Origin: Octopus bimaculoides
Lineage: Eukaryota
Direction of reading: 5' to 3'
Assembly: GCF_001194135.2 (NCBI RefSeq)
Contig: NC_068983.1
Span: 102,919,195 to 102,983,194, forward strand
DNA length: 64,000 nt
The notes beneath the pieces were generated by a model. That model was not told where the DNA came from. It saw only the letters and a program-made list of their open reading frames with translations, and searched no databases. The first letter of the stretch is position 1; the number at the start of each line of letters is the position of its first letter. The position numbers and the translations under genes are program-made. Shown here piece by piece: positions 52,122 through 64,000 of this stretch.

Positions 52122-52214
52122 CTGTATCACAAAATCTGATATTTGTGAACATGAAAGATCCCGAACTGGAGGAAAGCTTTGTTCCATGCAAGTTTCTGCT
52201 GCCATGGCAGTCCT
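52122..52214 (-). CDS. RALGAPB: Probable RALGAPB exon, 93 nt, phase 1-1, variable region
   Basis: Strong acceptor ttttctttaatcag and donor CAG/gtatga. Open in the phase the next exon needs: DCHGSRNLHGTKLSSSSGSFMFTNIRFCDT. No clear recalled homology. Confidence 0.55.
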
Positions 52215-52654
52215 CTGATTAAAGAAAACCATGTAGGAAATGGGGGAAGGTGAAACAACTGACCAATATTAGTAAATAGAAAATTATAAGTGAAGAAGAA
52301 ACCATTTCTGCATCATTCATTTGATAAAATATTGATTCAGAGTTTTTGAAGTTCAAAGTATAATGACTATATCATTCTGTATGTTTTAAGACACTTTCCC
52401 CGTCTGCTCCTTCCACCTTCTAGATCTTTAATGGTTTGCTCTGGCACCTGTCTATATCCTCTATTGCTCCTTGAGAGTTTGTTCTGGCACCCTATACCTA
52501 CCGTCTCATCTTCTCAGCAACTCCCACCCACGTTTATACAATGCAGAGTAACCCATGTTGCTTTCACTGTAACAAGACACTTGTGCTTGTCCCTCTATCA
52601 TACTTTAACATCCCAATATCTACTGGAATGTTACTTCCTACACCCTCACCCCTA

Positions 52655-53150
52655 CATCATCATCATCATCATTGTTTAATGGCTGCTTTCCATGCTAGCA
52701 TGGGTTGGACGATTTGACTGAGGACTGGTGAAACCAGATGGCTACACCAGGCTCCAATCTGATTTGGCAGAGTTTCTACAGCTGGATGCCCTTCCTAACG
52801 CCAACCACTCAGAGAGTGTAGTGGGTGCTTTTACGTGCCACCGGCACGAAGGCCAATCAGGCAGTACTGGCAACGGCCACACTCAAAATGGTGTATTTTA
52901 TGTGCCACCCGCACAAGAGCCAGTCCAGGGGCACTGGCAACGATCTCGCTCGAAAATCCTTACACATGTCACGGGCACAAGTGCCAGAAAGGCGACGCTG
53001 GGCACAGGTGCCATCCCGATTTCTCTTTCGCTTGCCCCAATAAGTCTTCACAAGCTGAGTTTCGTGTCCAATGAAGGAGACGACGTTGGCATGGGTGCCA
53101 GTCGTCGAATTTAGTTCGGTTTCGATTTCACTTGCCTCAACAAGTCTTCG
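52655..53150 (-). mobile_element. RTE LINE 3' UTR fragment
   Basis: Same 3' terminus as 5563. Confidence 0.82.
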
Positions 53151-53481
53151 CAAGCGCACCCTCTGAAATACTCTCTCCATAGCAGAAAACATGCCAAAAA
53201 CTGATATTGGAGCCTTATGCAGCCCTGTGGTTCAATGGATTCTATGAAATTGTCAACCCATGCCAGCATGGAAAATGGACATTGAATGCTGCCACTGCTA
53301 CAAATGATGATGATGGTAATGATGATAACTTCTCAACTTGAGGTGCAACAACATGTGAAGTTGCTTGCTTGAGATTGGAAAGGTTTCAGATGCCAAATCT
53401 ATATTCTTGCTGATGATAATAAATTCAGCACAGTAATAACATACTTGATGTCTCAAATATCTCAAGTTATTGTTATTATTA

Positions 53482-53671
53482 AAGATGGAGAGCTGGCAGA
53501 ATTGTTAGCAGCATTTCATCTGTTTTTACATTCTGAGTTCAAGGTCAACTTTGTCTTTCATCCTTTTGGGGTCAATAAAATGAGTAATAGTCAAGTGTTG
53601 GGGGTCAATATAATCAACTTACCCACCAAAAAATTGCTGGCCTTGTGCCCAAATGTCAAACCATTATTATT

Positions 53672-53706
<35 letters not shown>

Positions 53707-55340
53707 TATTATTATTATTATTATTAAGGCGGTGAACTGGCAGAATCGTTAGCATGCTGGACAAAATGGTTAGTGGTATTTTGCCTGTCACTACATTCTG
53801 AGTTCAAATTCCGCTGCAGTTGGCTTTACCTTTTATCCTTTCGGGGTTGACAAATTAAGTACCAGTTGTGTACTGGGTCAATCTAATCGACTGCCCCCCC
53901 CCCTAAATTTCAGGCTTTGTGCCTGTAGTAGAAAGGATTATTGTTATTATTATCTTTGAGGCAGTGAGCTGGCAGAACTGTTAGCACACTGGGCGAAATG
54001 CTTAGTAATATTTTGTCCATCTCTACGTTCTGAGTTCAAATTCTGCTGCAGTTGACTTTACCTTTTATCCTTTGAGGGTTGATAAATTAAGTACCAGTGA
54101 AACACTGGGGTTGATGTAATCGACTAGTCCCTTTCCCAAAAATTTCAGGCCTTGTACCTATAGTAGAAAGGATTAGTTGGCAGAATTGTTAGTACACCAG
54201 GCAAAATGCTTAGCAGCATTTTCTCCTTCTTTACGTTCAGAGTTCAAATTCTGTCAAGGTCAACTTTACCTTTCTTCCTTTCAGGGTTGATATAATGAGT
54301 ACCAATTGAACACAGGGGTCCATATAACCCAAAATTGCTGGCCTTGTGCCAAAATGTGAAATTATTATTATTATTATTATTATTATTAAAGTATGGGATG
54401 ATGAGCTGGCAGAATTGTTAGCACACTGGGCAAGATGCTTAGCAGCATTTCGTCTGTCTATATATTCTGAGTTCAAATTCCACCAAGGTTGACTTTGCCT
54501 TTCATTCTTTCGGGGTCGATACTAGTTGAACACAGATCAATTTTGGGGTCGAGTACCAGTTGAACACAGATCAATTTAATCAACTTGGCCCCTCCCCTAA
54601 AACTGCTGGTTGTGTGTCAAAATTTTAAACCATTCTTCTTCTTCTTATTATTATTATTAAGGTAATGAGCTGGCAGAATTGTTAGCATGCTCAGCAGCAT
54701 TTTGTCCTTTATGTTTTGAGTTCAGATTTTGGCTTTCATCCTTTTGTGAGCAGTGAAATAAGTACCAGTTGAGTACTGAGCTCAATGTAACTGACTTATC
54801 CCCTTCCCCGAAATTGCTGGCCTTGTGCCAAAAATTTGAAACTATTATTATTGTTGTTGTTGTTGTATTATTCAAAGTGGCAAGCTGGTGGAATTGTTAG
54901 CACATTGGACAAAATGCTTAGCGGAATTTTGAACATCTTTACATTCTGTGTTTAAATTCTGCTAAGGTCAACTTTGCCATTCATACTTTCAGGGTCAATA
55001 AAATAGGTACCAGTCAAATACTGGAGTCAATGTAATCAACTTCCCCACTTCTCTCAAAAACTGCTGGCCCTGTGCCAAAATTTGAAATCATTATTATTAT
55101 TATTATTATTATTGTTGTTGTATAATTTAAGGTAGCAAGCTGGCAGAATCATTACCACGCCAGACAAAAAGCTTAGCAGCATTTTGTTCTGAGTTCAAAT
55201 TCCACCAAGTTTGAAGTTGCCTTTCATCCTTTCAGTAATGATGATATAAGTACCAGTTGAGTACTGGGGCTGAAATAATTGGCTATCTTCCTTTCCCCAA
55301 AATTTCAGGCCTTGTGCCTATTGTAGAAACTATTATTAAT
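53482..55340 (+). mobile_element. Head-to-tail array of 8 SINE family B copies
   Basis: Units start at about 53482, 53727, 53958, 54176, 54398, 54659, 54874 and 55130, mostly separated by (ATT)/(ATC)/(GTT)n. Confidence 0.88.
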
Positions 55341-55383
55341 GTATTAGAAATGCAGTTCATGTAGATAAGAGAAAAACTATCTT

Positions 55384-55654
55384 GAGGTAATATTTATCCC
55401 CACTTAAATGAGGATGCTCTGTTAGAACAAACTATACTGCAATAGTTACCATGAGAGAATCTCTCATATTAGCTTTCGGTGTAAAATGCACTCTTGTTTA
55501 TATCGCTATAATCAAAATAAACTCTTGGTTATAGCAATATAAACAGAGTGCATTTTGCACCAAAAGCCAATATGAAAGTTTCTCTCATGGTAACTACCGC
55601 AGTATAGTTTTTCAAGCAGAACATCTACATTTAAGTAGAAGTAAATATTATCTC
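55384..55654. repeat. Imperfect foldback with about 130-bp arms and a tiny loop
   Basis: Manual alignment gives about 21 differences in about 132 positions, mostly transitions. Confidence 0.88.
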
Positions 55655-56089
55655 TTGGTATTAATACTGCCTCTGTCCCTAATAAATATTTTAAAAAATA
55701 TCTTGTCTAATACATAGGATAATGAGCTTGATTAAGATACATGGATTTCATGAAAAATGAAATCGAGACTGTTAAAAACAAGACTAACATTATAATATCA
55801 TTGAATTGATGTCATAAATAAGTAAACTTCCCAACCCCATGGATCCAGGTTCAATCCCATTGTGTGGTACTTTGGGAAAGTGTCTTCTACTGTAACTCCC
55901 AAGTCAACCAAAACCGAAGCCTTGTGAGATTTAAGTAGCTAACATAAACTCTTGACTACAAGTCAATCAATATATTTTCACTTGAAGGATATGAACAATA
56001 TGTTTACAACTGAAATGACTGGATTATAATTGCAACATAAGGTTATTGTAATGAATTTATCTTAGATATTTATCTATGTTCCAAAGCTG

Positions 56090-56525
56090 TGGATATAGCT
56101 GTGTGGTTAAGAAACTTGCTTCCCAACCATGTAGTCTTATGTTCATTCCCACTGCATGGCACCTTGGGCAAGTGTCTTCTACAATAGCCCTAGAACAACT
56201 GAGGCATTGCGAGTAGATTTGGTAGATGAAAACTGAAAGAAGTCAATTGTGTGTTTGTGTGTGTGTGCGTGCATGCATGTATGTGTGTTTGTGTGCACAT
56301 GATTGCTGTAGCCTTGTCTAAATGTCATGTGAAAGCTGCAAACGAACATCAGTGTCAATCAAGTGAGGTAGTTTATTTCTAGTCTTTCTGGAAAACATGT
56401 CCAGATATGGGAAAATATTCCCTTACCTGGAAACAGGTGAGGGTTGGCAACAGGAAAGACATCTGGCCAGAGAAAATCTGCCTCATACAAACAAGGAAAA
56501 GTAGATGCAAAATGACAATGATGAT
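56090..56525 (+). mobile_element. SINE with family A head and RTE-type 3' tail
   Basis: Same architecture as 15578-16035, ending ATGATG. Confidence 0.7.
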
Positions 56526-58860
56526 TTATCTATATCGCAATTTGCAAACAATATCTTTGTTAGTTATCGGTTTTCAATGGAGAACTAACATTTCTGATGG
56601 CAACAGTGATAAGGGAGTATCTAGCTCAATGCAGAACAAATATTTTAACCAACTTTGTTTACAAAGCCTTGGATTTTTCATATTCTTGCTGATTTGCATA
56701 TCTTTCACTGATGCACATCAGCAAAAGACACAAACACAAACATTCTTTATTTTCTTCACTAATAGGATTCAAATGAAGCCAACATTTTTATATCTTGGAG
56801 GTCACATTATGGCCATTTTTACCCATCTGATCTTGTCAAGTGTGTGTGTCTATACATCTTTTCTAAGGCCAGTACGACTCCAGTGCACAACTGTTACATA
56901 TTTTATTGACCTCAAAAGGATAAAAGGCAAAGTTGATTTCAATGGCATTTGAACTCAGAAAGTAAAACTAGAAGAAATGTTGCTAAGGATTTTGTCTGAT
57001 GGGCTTCAGCTGGCTTGCCACTTTTGTGTCTCTTTCTACATATATATATGCACATGTGAACACATACACACACACACGTGTATGTGTGTATGTGTGTGTG
57101 TGAAAGAACCTCTTTACAGTCTGCATCTACCAAATTTCACTCATGAGATACTGATCAACCTGAGACTATGGTAGAAGATATTGCCCAAAGTGCCAAGCAA
57201 TGGCATGAAATTCAGAACCACAAAGCTGCAAAACAAACTTCTTACCCACACAGCCATATCTTGGTAACTCCGTAGTATTGGCTGGATTATTTTGAATCAT
57301 ACTTCAACTGTTATTAAACTAAATTCTGTTTACGCAAACAATGAACAAAAGACATTTATTTCAAACTGCTGGACTCAATAATTCATCTTGGTTGACAAAT
57401 ATCATAGCAGAAATATTGGTGAAACAAATCATATCTAACTTCCAGTGTTTAATAATAGAAGATTGTAAAAGTTTGAAACTATGGGTGGTTGACTTCATTT
57501 TCAGTTTTTGATTGCATGGGGATTACCCACATATCATGTGTGCAGACACTAATTTCAACCAATCAGGGTTAAGCATTCACATGCTAATTTCTAGAAAATT
57601 CTTTCAGCGATGGCAATATAAACAGCCATTTTTGACGCAGTTAAGCAGAGAGAAAGTGGACTCTCCTTGCTATGGTCATAAACAAATTCTGCTTCTGAAA
57701 GTTGTCTTCATGGTGTCATACTCAAACCAACACAATCTTCCTAATAGCTATTTTCACAGGTATATACCAACTTGGAGATGAAGAAGAATCAACACCATAT
57801 GTTTTTGCAGCAATATGCAGATCAGTTTAGTCACTAAGATTTTCAACTCCCACAAATATGATGTTCTTATAATTTGACACTGTCTGTTTTTCATGAAACT
57901 CTGTACAAATGTAGCAATAAATGTGCATATAAACTTCCACCAAGTCTTGTCATAACTCATGCCACAAAACCATATACTTGTGGTCTCAATGGTTTTCGAA
58001 CGTCACCAGTCATTGAGTGTGCTATGAAAGAGACATTTGTGGCTGCAGTTAAAACATCTTTTGTAGTTATGTCATCAAACACTAAGATGCTTAATAGATA
58101 TTCTACCAATGAGCCAGAACACTAATACATTCAATAATTACATTTATAATTTTTTTGGCTAGAATCATGAATCCCACATTTAAAAAGCAAAGTTTCATAC
58201 AATACAGTTATTTGTATTTCATACAAAAAGGCAAAGAATTAGTCATTAGTAGCTCTAACAGTTGCATCATACACAGAAGAAGGTAAGGTCATGAAAAGCA
58301 AAGACTGAAGACAAAACAATCAAGCTAATACAATAACACAGGTAAAACTGAAGCATTTACAATGTCATAAAAGCATAAACAAACAGAAAATAGATAATAC
58401 ATTGTAAGTTTCCAAACATACATTTATAGTTAAGAACAGGTTATATTTAGTCAATAAATTGCATATTTTTTCAGATTGGACAATTGATTTTCTTTCTTTC
58501 TTTCATTTGGTTGCATTAATTGCATCAATTGAATAAATATATATATAGGTACATAGGTACATATTTTATCAATACTGACTAGTATATAAAACAGTGCAGC
58601 TCATTCAACTATGATGATGTATTTAACTTGATGCCATCAATTACTCTGGAACATTACCTTCTGTGGTAACCACTAAATGAAACTTTGTAATATCCACCAA
58701 CTTTATGTTTTGGTATAAATTTAAAAATGTGAAGCTTGATTATACACTTTGTTTTCAAGGAAATTCTATCCTCCTGATTATGATATTTAAATTTTCTTAG
58801 GAAATTCATTGGATACTAGATATCTATGCTGGATTAACTTGTAAATAAAACAGCAATCAA

Positions 58861-58902
<42 letters not shown>

Positions 58903-58903
58903 C

Positions 58904-58934
<31 letters not shown>

Positions 58935-59059
58935 CAGAGAGAGAGAGAGAGTTTTTGAAGCGATGTACATATATTGTATATTTAGAATAATAAGGTAGTC
59001 AGAAGAAATATCTTAACCAACACACTGCACCCCACACCCATCTATCATTCACAACAGAA

Positions 59060-59625
59060 ACCAGCTACATTCCTAGACATTCACATCAAAATACACATCT
59101 CCACTGTCACAACAGACATATTTTACAGAAAAACTGACACACCAATATTTAAATTTCTACTCTTGCCACTCCTCACACATCAAAAGGAACATCCCATACA
59201 GTATGGCAAGACACATCTGCATCATAGTAATTGACCCACAAATATGTCAAATTAGACTTGACCTCAAAAACCTCCTACAAGAACAAAATTACCTCATGAA
59301 ACTAATAAATAATGGAATCTCAAAAGTGATAAAATTAGATATCACACAACGAAGGACCCCAAAAGAAAAAAAGCAAGGAACGTACTATTCCATTTATTAA
59401 TACACACAACCCTGGAATAACCAATATTTTCCACATTACACAATCAAACCTACCAATACACTTACAGAGCCCCAAAATGAGAAAACTGATAGACAAAACC
59501 TACCTACGAAATAGTAAACAGCAGGAAAAGAATCTTAAAAAACAACTTACAATAGCAAAATTCACATCAGAGAATGAAGCAGAATTCTCCGTAAAGGAAT
59601 GTGGAGCTAGCAAATGTGGAATATG

Positions 59626-59664
<39 letters not shown>

Positions 59665-60230
59665 GCAATGTTAATTCTCTAAANNNNNNNNNNNNNNNNN
59701 NNNNNNNNNNNNNNNNNNNNNNNNNNNNNNNNNNNNNNNNNNNNNNNNNNNNNNNNNNNNNNNNNNNNNNNNNNNNNNNNNNNGCCGCAGTCAAATGACT
59801 GAAACAAGTAAAAGAAAAGAATAAAAGAATATAGATGGGGACATCCACATAAAACTTAAGAGTAGATTCTTTTTCAAAGTAAATGCAAATAGGAACAGCA
59901 AGATGCAAAACCTCATATACTGCATTACTTGCCTCAAATGCAAGGAGAATTATATTGGCAAAACCAATAATTCGCCTTGCTAATGTGCAAGAATTCACAG
60001 ACAGCACATCTGACAAAAGGAACTATGGAAAATTCCACTGAGCAAATATTTGGAAATATGTGGAGAAGGAAAATTCAAGATCTTCCCCTTCTATAAATGC
60101 TCAAAAAACGATCCAAACTTCCAAAAAATATTGGAGCTACACTTCATAAAGAAGTTCTCACCAAAATTAAATGGATGAAAAAAAGAAACATTTGGAAATA
60201 TGTGGAGAAAGAAAATTCAAAGTTCTGAAA
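59060..60230 (+). mobile_element. Penelope-like element 3' part with decayed GIY-YIG endonuclease
   Basis: TFLDI..TDIFYRKTD..QYLNFYSCH..HIKRNIPYSMAR, KECGASKCGICN and IYCITCLKCKENYIGKT. Interrupted by a (TA)n tract, a gap and a SINE tail. Confidence 0.8.
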
Positions 60231-61212
60231 GATAACGGAACTACATTTCACAAAAAAAGTCCTAAACAAAAATTATCATAACTATATGTTTTTGAAATAC
60301 TGTGTGAGTGTATATACTCAAAATTCACTCNNNNNNNNNNNNNNNNNNNNNNNNNNNNNNNNNNNNNNNNNNNNNNNNNNNNNNNNNNNNNNNNNNNNNN
60401 NNNNNNNNNNNNNNNNNNNNNNNNNNNNNNNNNNNNNNNNNNNNNNNNNNNNNNNNNNNNNNNNNNNNNNNNNNNNNNNNNNNNNNNNNNNNNNNNNNNN
60501 NNNNNNNNNNNNNNNNNNNNNNNNNNNNNNNNNNNNNNNNNNNNNNNNNNNNNNNNNNNNNNNNNNNNNNNNNNNNNNNNNNNNNNNNNNNNNNNNNNNN
60601 NNNNNNNNNNNNNNNNNNNNNNNNNNNNNNNNNNNNNNNNNNNNNNNNNNNNNNNNNNNNNNNNNNNNNNNNNNNNNNNNNNNNNNNNNNNNNNNNNNNN
60701 NNNNNNNNNNNNNNNNNNNNNNNNNNNNNNNNNNNNNNNNNNNNNNNNNNNNNNNNNNNNNNNNNNNNNNNNNNNNNNNNNNNNNNNNNNNNNNNNNNNN
60801 NNNNNNNNNNNNNNNNNNNNNNNNNNNNNNNNNNNNNNNNNNNNNNNNNNNNNNNNNNNNNNNNNNNNNNNNNNNNNNNNNNNNNNNNNNNNNNNNNNNN
60901 NNNNNNNNNNNNNNNNNNNNNNNNNNNNNNNNNNNNNNNNNNNNNNNNNNNNNNNNNNNNNNNNNNNNNNNNNNNNNNNNNNNNNNNNNNNNNNNNNNNN
61001 NNNNNNNNNNNNNNNNNNNNNNNNNNNNNNNNNNNNNNNNNNNNNNNNNNNNNNNNNNNNNNNNNNNNNNNNNNNNNNNNNNNNNNNNNNNNNNNNNNNN
61101 NNNNNNNNNNNNNACTTTTTGGATAAATCTGATAATGGAAGAAAGCGCTAAAAGTGCAAATAAAATGTAAATAAAAATATATATAATCATCCAACATTCT
61201 GATTACCTTATT

Positions 61213-61253
<41 letters not shown>

Positions 61254-62385
61254 CCAGAAAAATAGGGATGAAAAACATCCAATCTTTCACTGACTCCACA
61301 GTTAAATACCCAATTTTGCAGAGAAAAAACTTTACAAATTACATGGGTGTATATTAAATTATAAAAATGAATAGAAAATGGAGATATATATATAACAATT
61401 GGCAATTCAAAAATTAAAATTTAAAATTTATTAGCATAATAGTATATTATATTATATTCTTATAATACTATAATATAATATAAGTAATAAATATTAAATA
61501 TAAATCACATACAAATATTTCAATTCTTGGCCATAATAAAATTATAAAAATTAATTGTTTTTTTTTTTTGCCAAAAATCTCCTCAGTGTAATTTCTTATG
61601 TATATTAGGATTCACATATCCAATAAGACTGAATTTAAATCTATTTGTTTACAAGTGTGAGCGTTATTAATTAAAAAACAAAAACAAAGATGAAATAAAA
61701 AATAAACTAATATAACAGCCTTAAAATATATTTGTATGCTATTAAGTATTCTAATCTAAATATATCTTAGCGTATTAGTTCTTATATACGAGGAACAAAA
61801 TTTTTTTTTTAAACTTTTAAAAAAGACCATGGCTAAATAAGAAATATCCTTTCCATTCTTTCATATTATAAAAATATGTTTTCATAATAATACGCTATTT
61901 ATCTGTTGGTAAATTGCAAAATAATATATCTAAAATACTATATCATCTCTAGTCAAATAGTAAATAATATTATTAATTAGATTACATTAATTATTTATAA
62001 TAATCATTACTAAAAATTAAAGATTAATTTATGTAAGAAAGACACTTTCGAAAAAATGATATCATAATAACAATATTACTGTAAAAATTAAATAAATGCT
62101 GAATTGAGCAGTTATCCAAACAAATTTAATCATAAGGGCTTCATAAAGTCCTTTTGATAATTACTCATTTGCATACTAAAATACTTAAAAATTAAAATTC
62201 AGATTATTTACTTATTTTTTTTTTTTTTAGAGGAAAAATCTTTTCGTGATGTTTATATGCATTTATACTTACAGAAGAATAGAAGGGACATAATTTTACA
62301 AAATTAATTTACAAAGGATGTTTTTAATATGGTGTACAATAAATATTATTTATGCAAGAATAATTTTAATCTAAACTCATTTTTA

Positions 62386-63546
62386 TACTAGCAAACGCAT
62401 CCGTCCTTAGGATGGTTTAAGTTGCTTTGGTAGTATTTTTTCACCAAAAAATTAAACTACCAAGAAGGTTTATGAGTAGCATGGCAATCTATGTTTCCAA
62501 TTAACCTAGGAATGGAAAACCAAATTGAAGACTGGTTATTGCAGTGGTTGTTGCACTTTAATGATCATAGAACATATGGAGTTTGCAAGCGATGCAAAGT
62601 AGAGCTACTGAAGTGTTTTAGGAGTAGATTACAGATAATGACTACAAAATATAGTTGTTTTACACGAAAGCAAAATTTCTTGTCAAAAACAGCCACATAA
62701 ATGGTGTCAAGAAATTGAAGGAAGATGTTGAGACTTCCCCTCTGCGAGTTTATTTTATTCAACAGTAAAGGGAGCTATGTTTTTGGAGAGAAGTATGATT
62801 GGTATGTTCAAAAATGGCAATATAATACCTACTTGAAAAAGTAGAGTTAAAGAATGTATTTGCTACATCCTTACAGTGTACGACCACTCTGAAATTGACT
62901 TCAAGTAATGAAAAATGGAGACATGAAGAGTTTGACTTCAGTTCACTAATACTGCTTTGAATCTTTAGTAGTTAGCAGTGAAAAGATGTGGTATTATAAG
63001 GCAGACAAATAATAAATCAAAAGAATGTGAAAACAACTAAAAAATGTTCTGTAATGCAAATATACAACCATATAGATTAAAAAAGTAAGGAAAACAGTTG
63101 AAATAAATAGACAAAATCCTTTCAATTATATAATATTCTCTAACCAAAACACTCAAACACAAAATACACACCAATACACATATAAAAAAATATAGAAAGT
63201 AATAATACACAATTACAACATATAAATAAATAATAAATAAAAAAAATGTGAAAACCACCCAAAAATATTCTCTAATGCCAAAATACGACTATATACATTA
63301 AAAAAGTATGGAAGACCCTACATACAAAAAACTATGTACATACAACAAATTAGAGAAAAACCCATATAAACCATTTTTTTCCCCCCAGTTTGTCCATTTA
63401 TGTGGGAGCTCTGGGCAAAATGTTATAGTGCATGGCCATCCTTGGGACATAAGTAATGTGTGTGTAAAGTTTGGTGAAAGTCGGTTGAGAATTGTGGAAA
63501 TGTATATGTTAGTCAATATACACACTCATACTGTGATTTATATATT
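62386..63546 (+). mobile_element. Helitron/Helentron-associated (HINE-like) non-autonomous element
   Basis: Starts TACTAGC..CCGTCC; ends AAAGTTTGGTGAAAGTCGGTTGAGAATTGTGG..CACAC..TGATTTATATATT, similar to recalled HINE/DINE ends. Confidence 0.4.
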
Positions 63547-63760
63547 CTTTTTTTCTTTTATTTGTTTCAGTCATTTAACTGTGGCCATGCTGGAGCAACG
63601 CCTTCAGTCGAACAAATCGACCCCAGGACTTATTCTTTGCAAGCTTAGTACTTATTCTATCGGTCTCTCTTACCAAACCGCTAAGTGACGGGGACATAAA
63701 CACACCAGCATCGGTTGTCAAGTGATGTTGGGGGACAAACACAGACACACAAACATATAT

Positions 63761-64000
63761 CATCATCATCATCATCATCGTTTAACGTCCGCTTTCCATG
63801 CTAGCATGGGTTGGACGATTTGACTGAGGACTGGTGAAACCGGATGGCAACACCAGGCTCCAGTCTGATTTGGCAGAGTTTCTACAGCTGGATGCCCTTC
63901 CTAACGCCAACCACTCAGAGAGTGTAGTGGGTGCTTTTACGTGTCACCCGCACGAAAACGGCCACGCTCGAAATGGTGTCTTTTATGTGCCACCCGCACA
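63761..64000 (-). mobile_element. RTE LINE 3' end, young copy, continues past the window
   Basis: About 3 differences from 5563-5817 over about 230 nt; inserted in the (TA) tract of a SINE A copy. Confidence 0.88.

Noticed and set aside
53482-55340. CRISPR-like regular array
   Set aside because: Units are about 230-bp SINEs with no short repeat-spacer structure or cas genes; eukaryotic context.
56407-56952. 181-aa plus-strand ORF
   Set aside because: Runs from a SINE tail through low-complexity intron into another SINE; no domain-like content.

Overview
AT-rich, microsatellite-rich eukaryotic genomic DNA with several N gaps. The repeat families (tRNA-headed SINEs, RTE LINEs with (GAT)n tails) resemble those of Octopus; this is an inference from recalled repeat families. 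The window holds the 3' part of one minus-strand multi-exon gene, the Ral GTPase-activating protein beta subunit (RALGAPB). I traced 14 exons by hand. Thirteen have both GT-AG sites, reading phase is continuous between adjacent exons, and the stop codon is at 4924. One exon runs into a gap, one expected exon is missing (probably in gap 33496-34227), and three candidate exons are flagged. The rest is mobile-element material: several SINE families, RTE and Penelope-like retroelements, mariner relics, and hAT and piggyBac-type MITEs with visible TSDs. Notable oddities are a 5S rRNA pseudogene joined to a SINE 3' tail, two adjacent mariner derivatives each made of two inverted 5' ends, several near-perfect palindromes and foldbacks, an eight-copy head-to-tail SINE array, and a minisatellite with a 63-bp higher-order period. 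I found no convincing new protein-coding system. Family assignments rest on recalled consensus sequences, not on database searches, and repeat boundaries are approximate unless a TSD or TIR is quoted.
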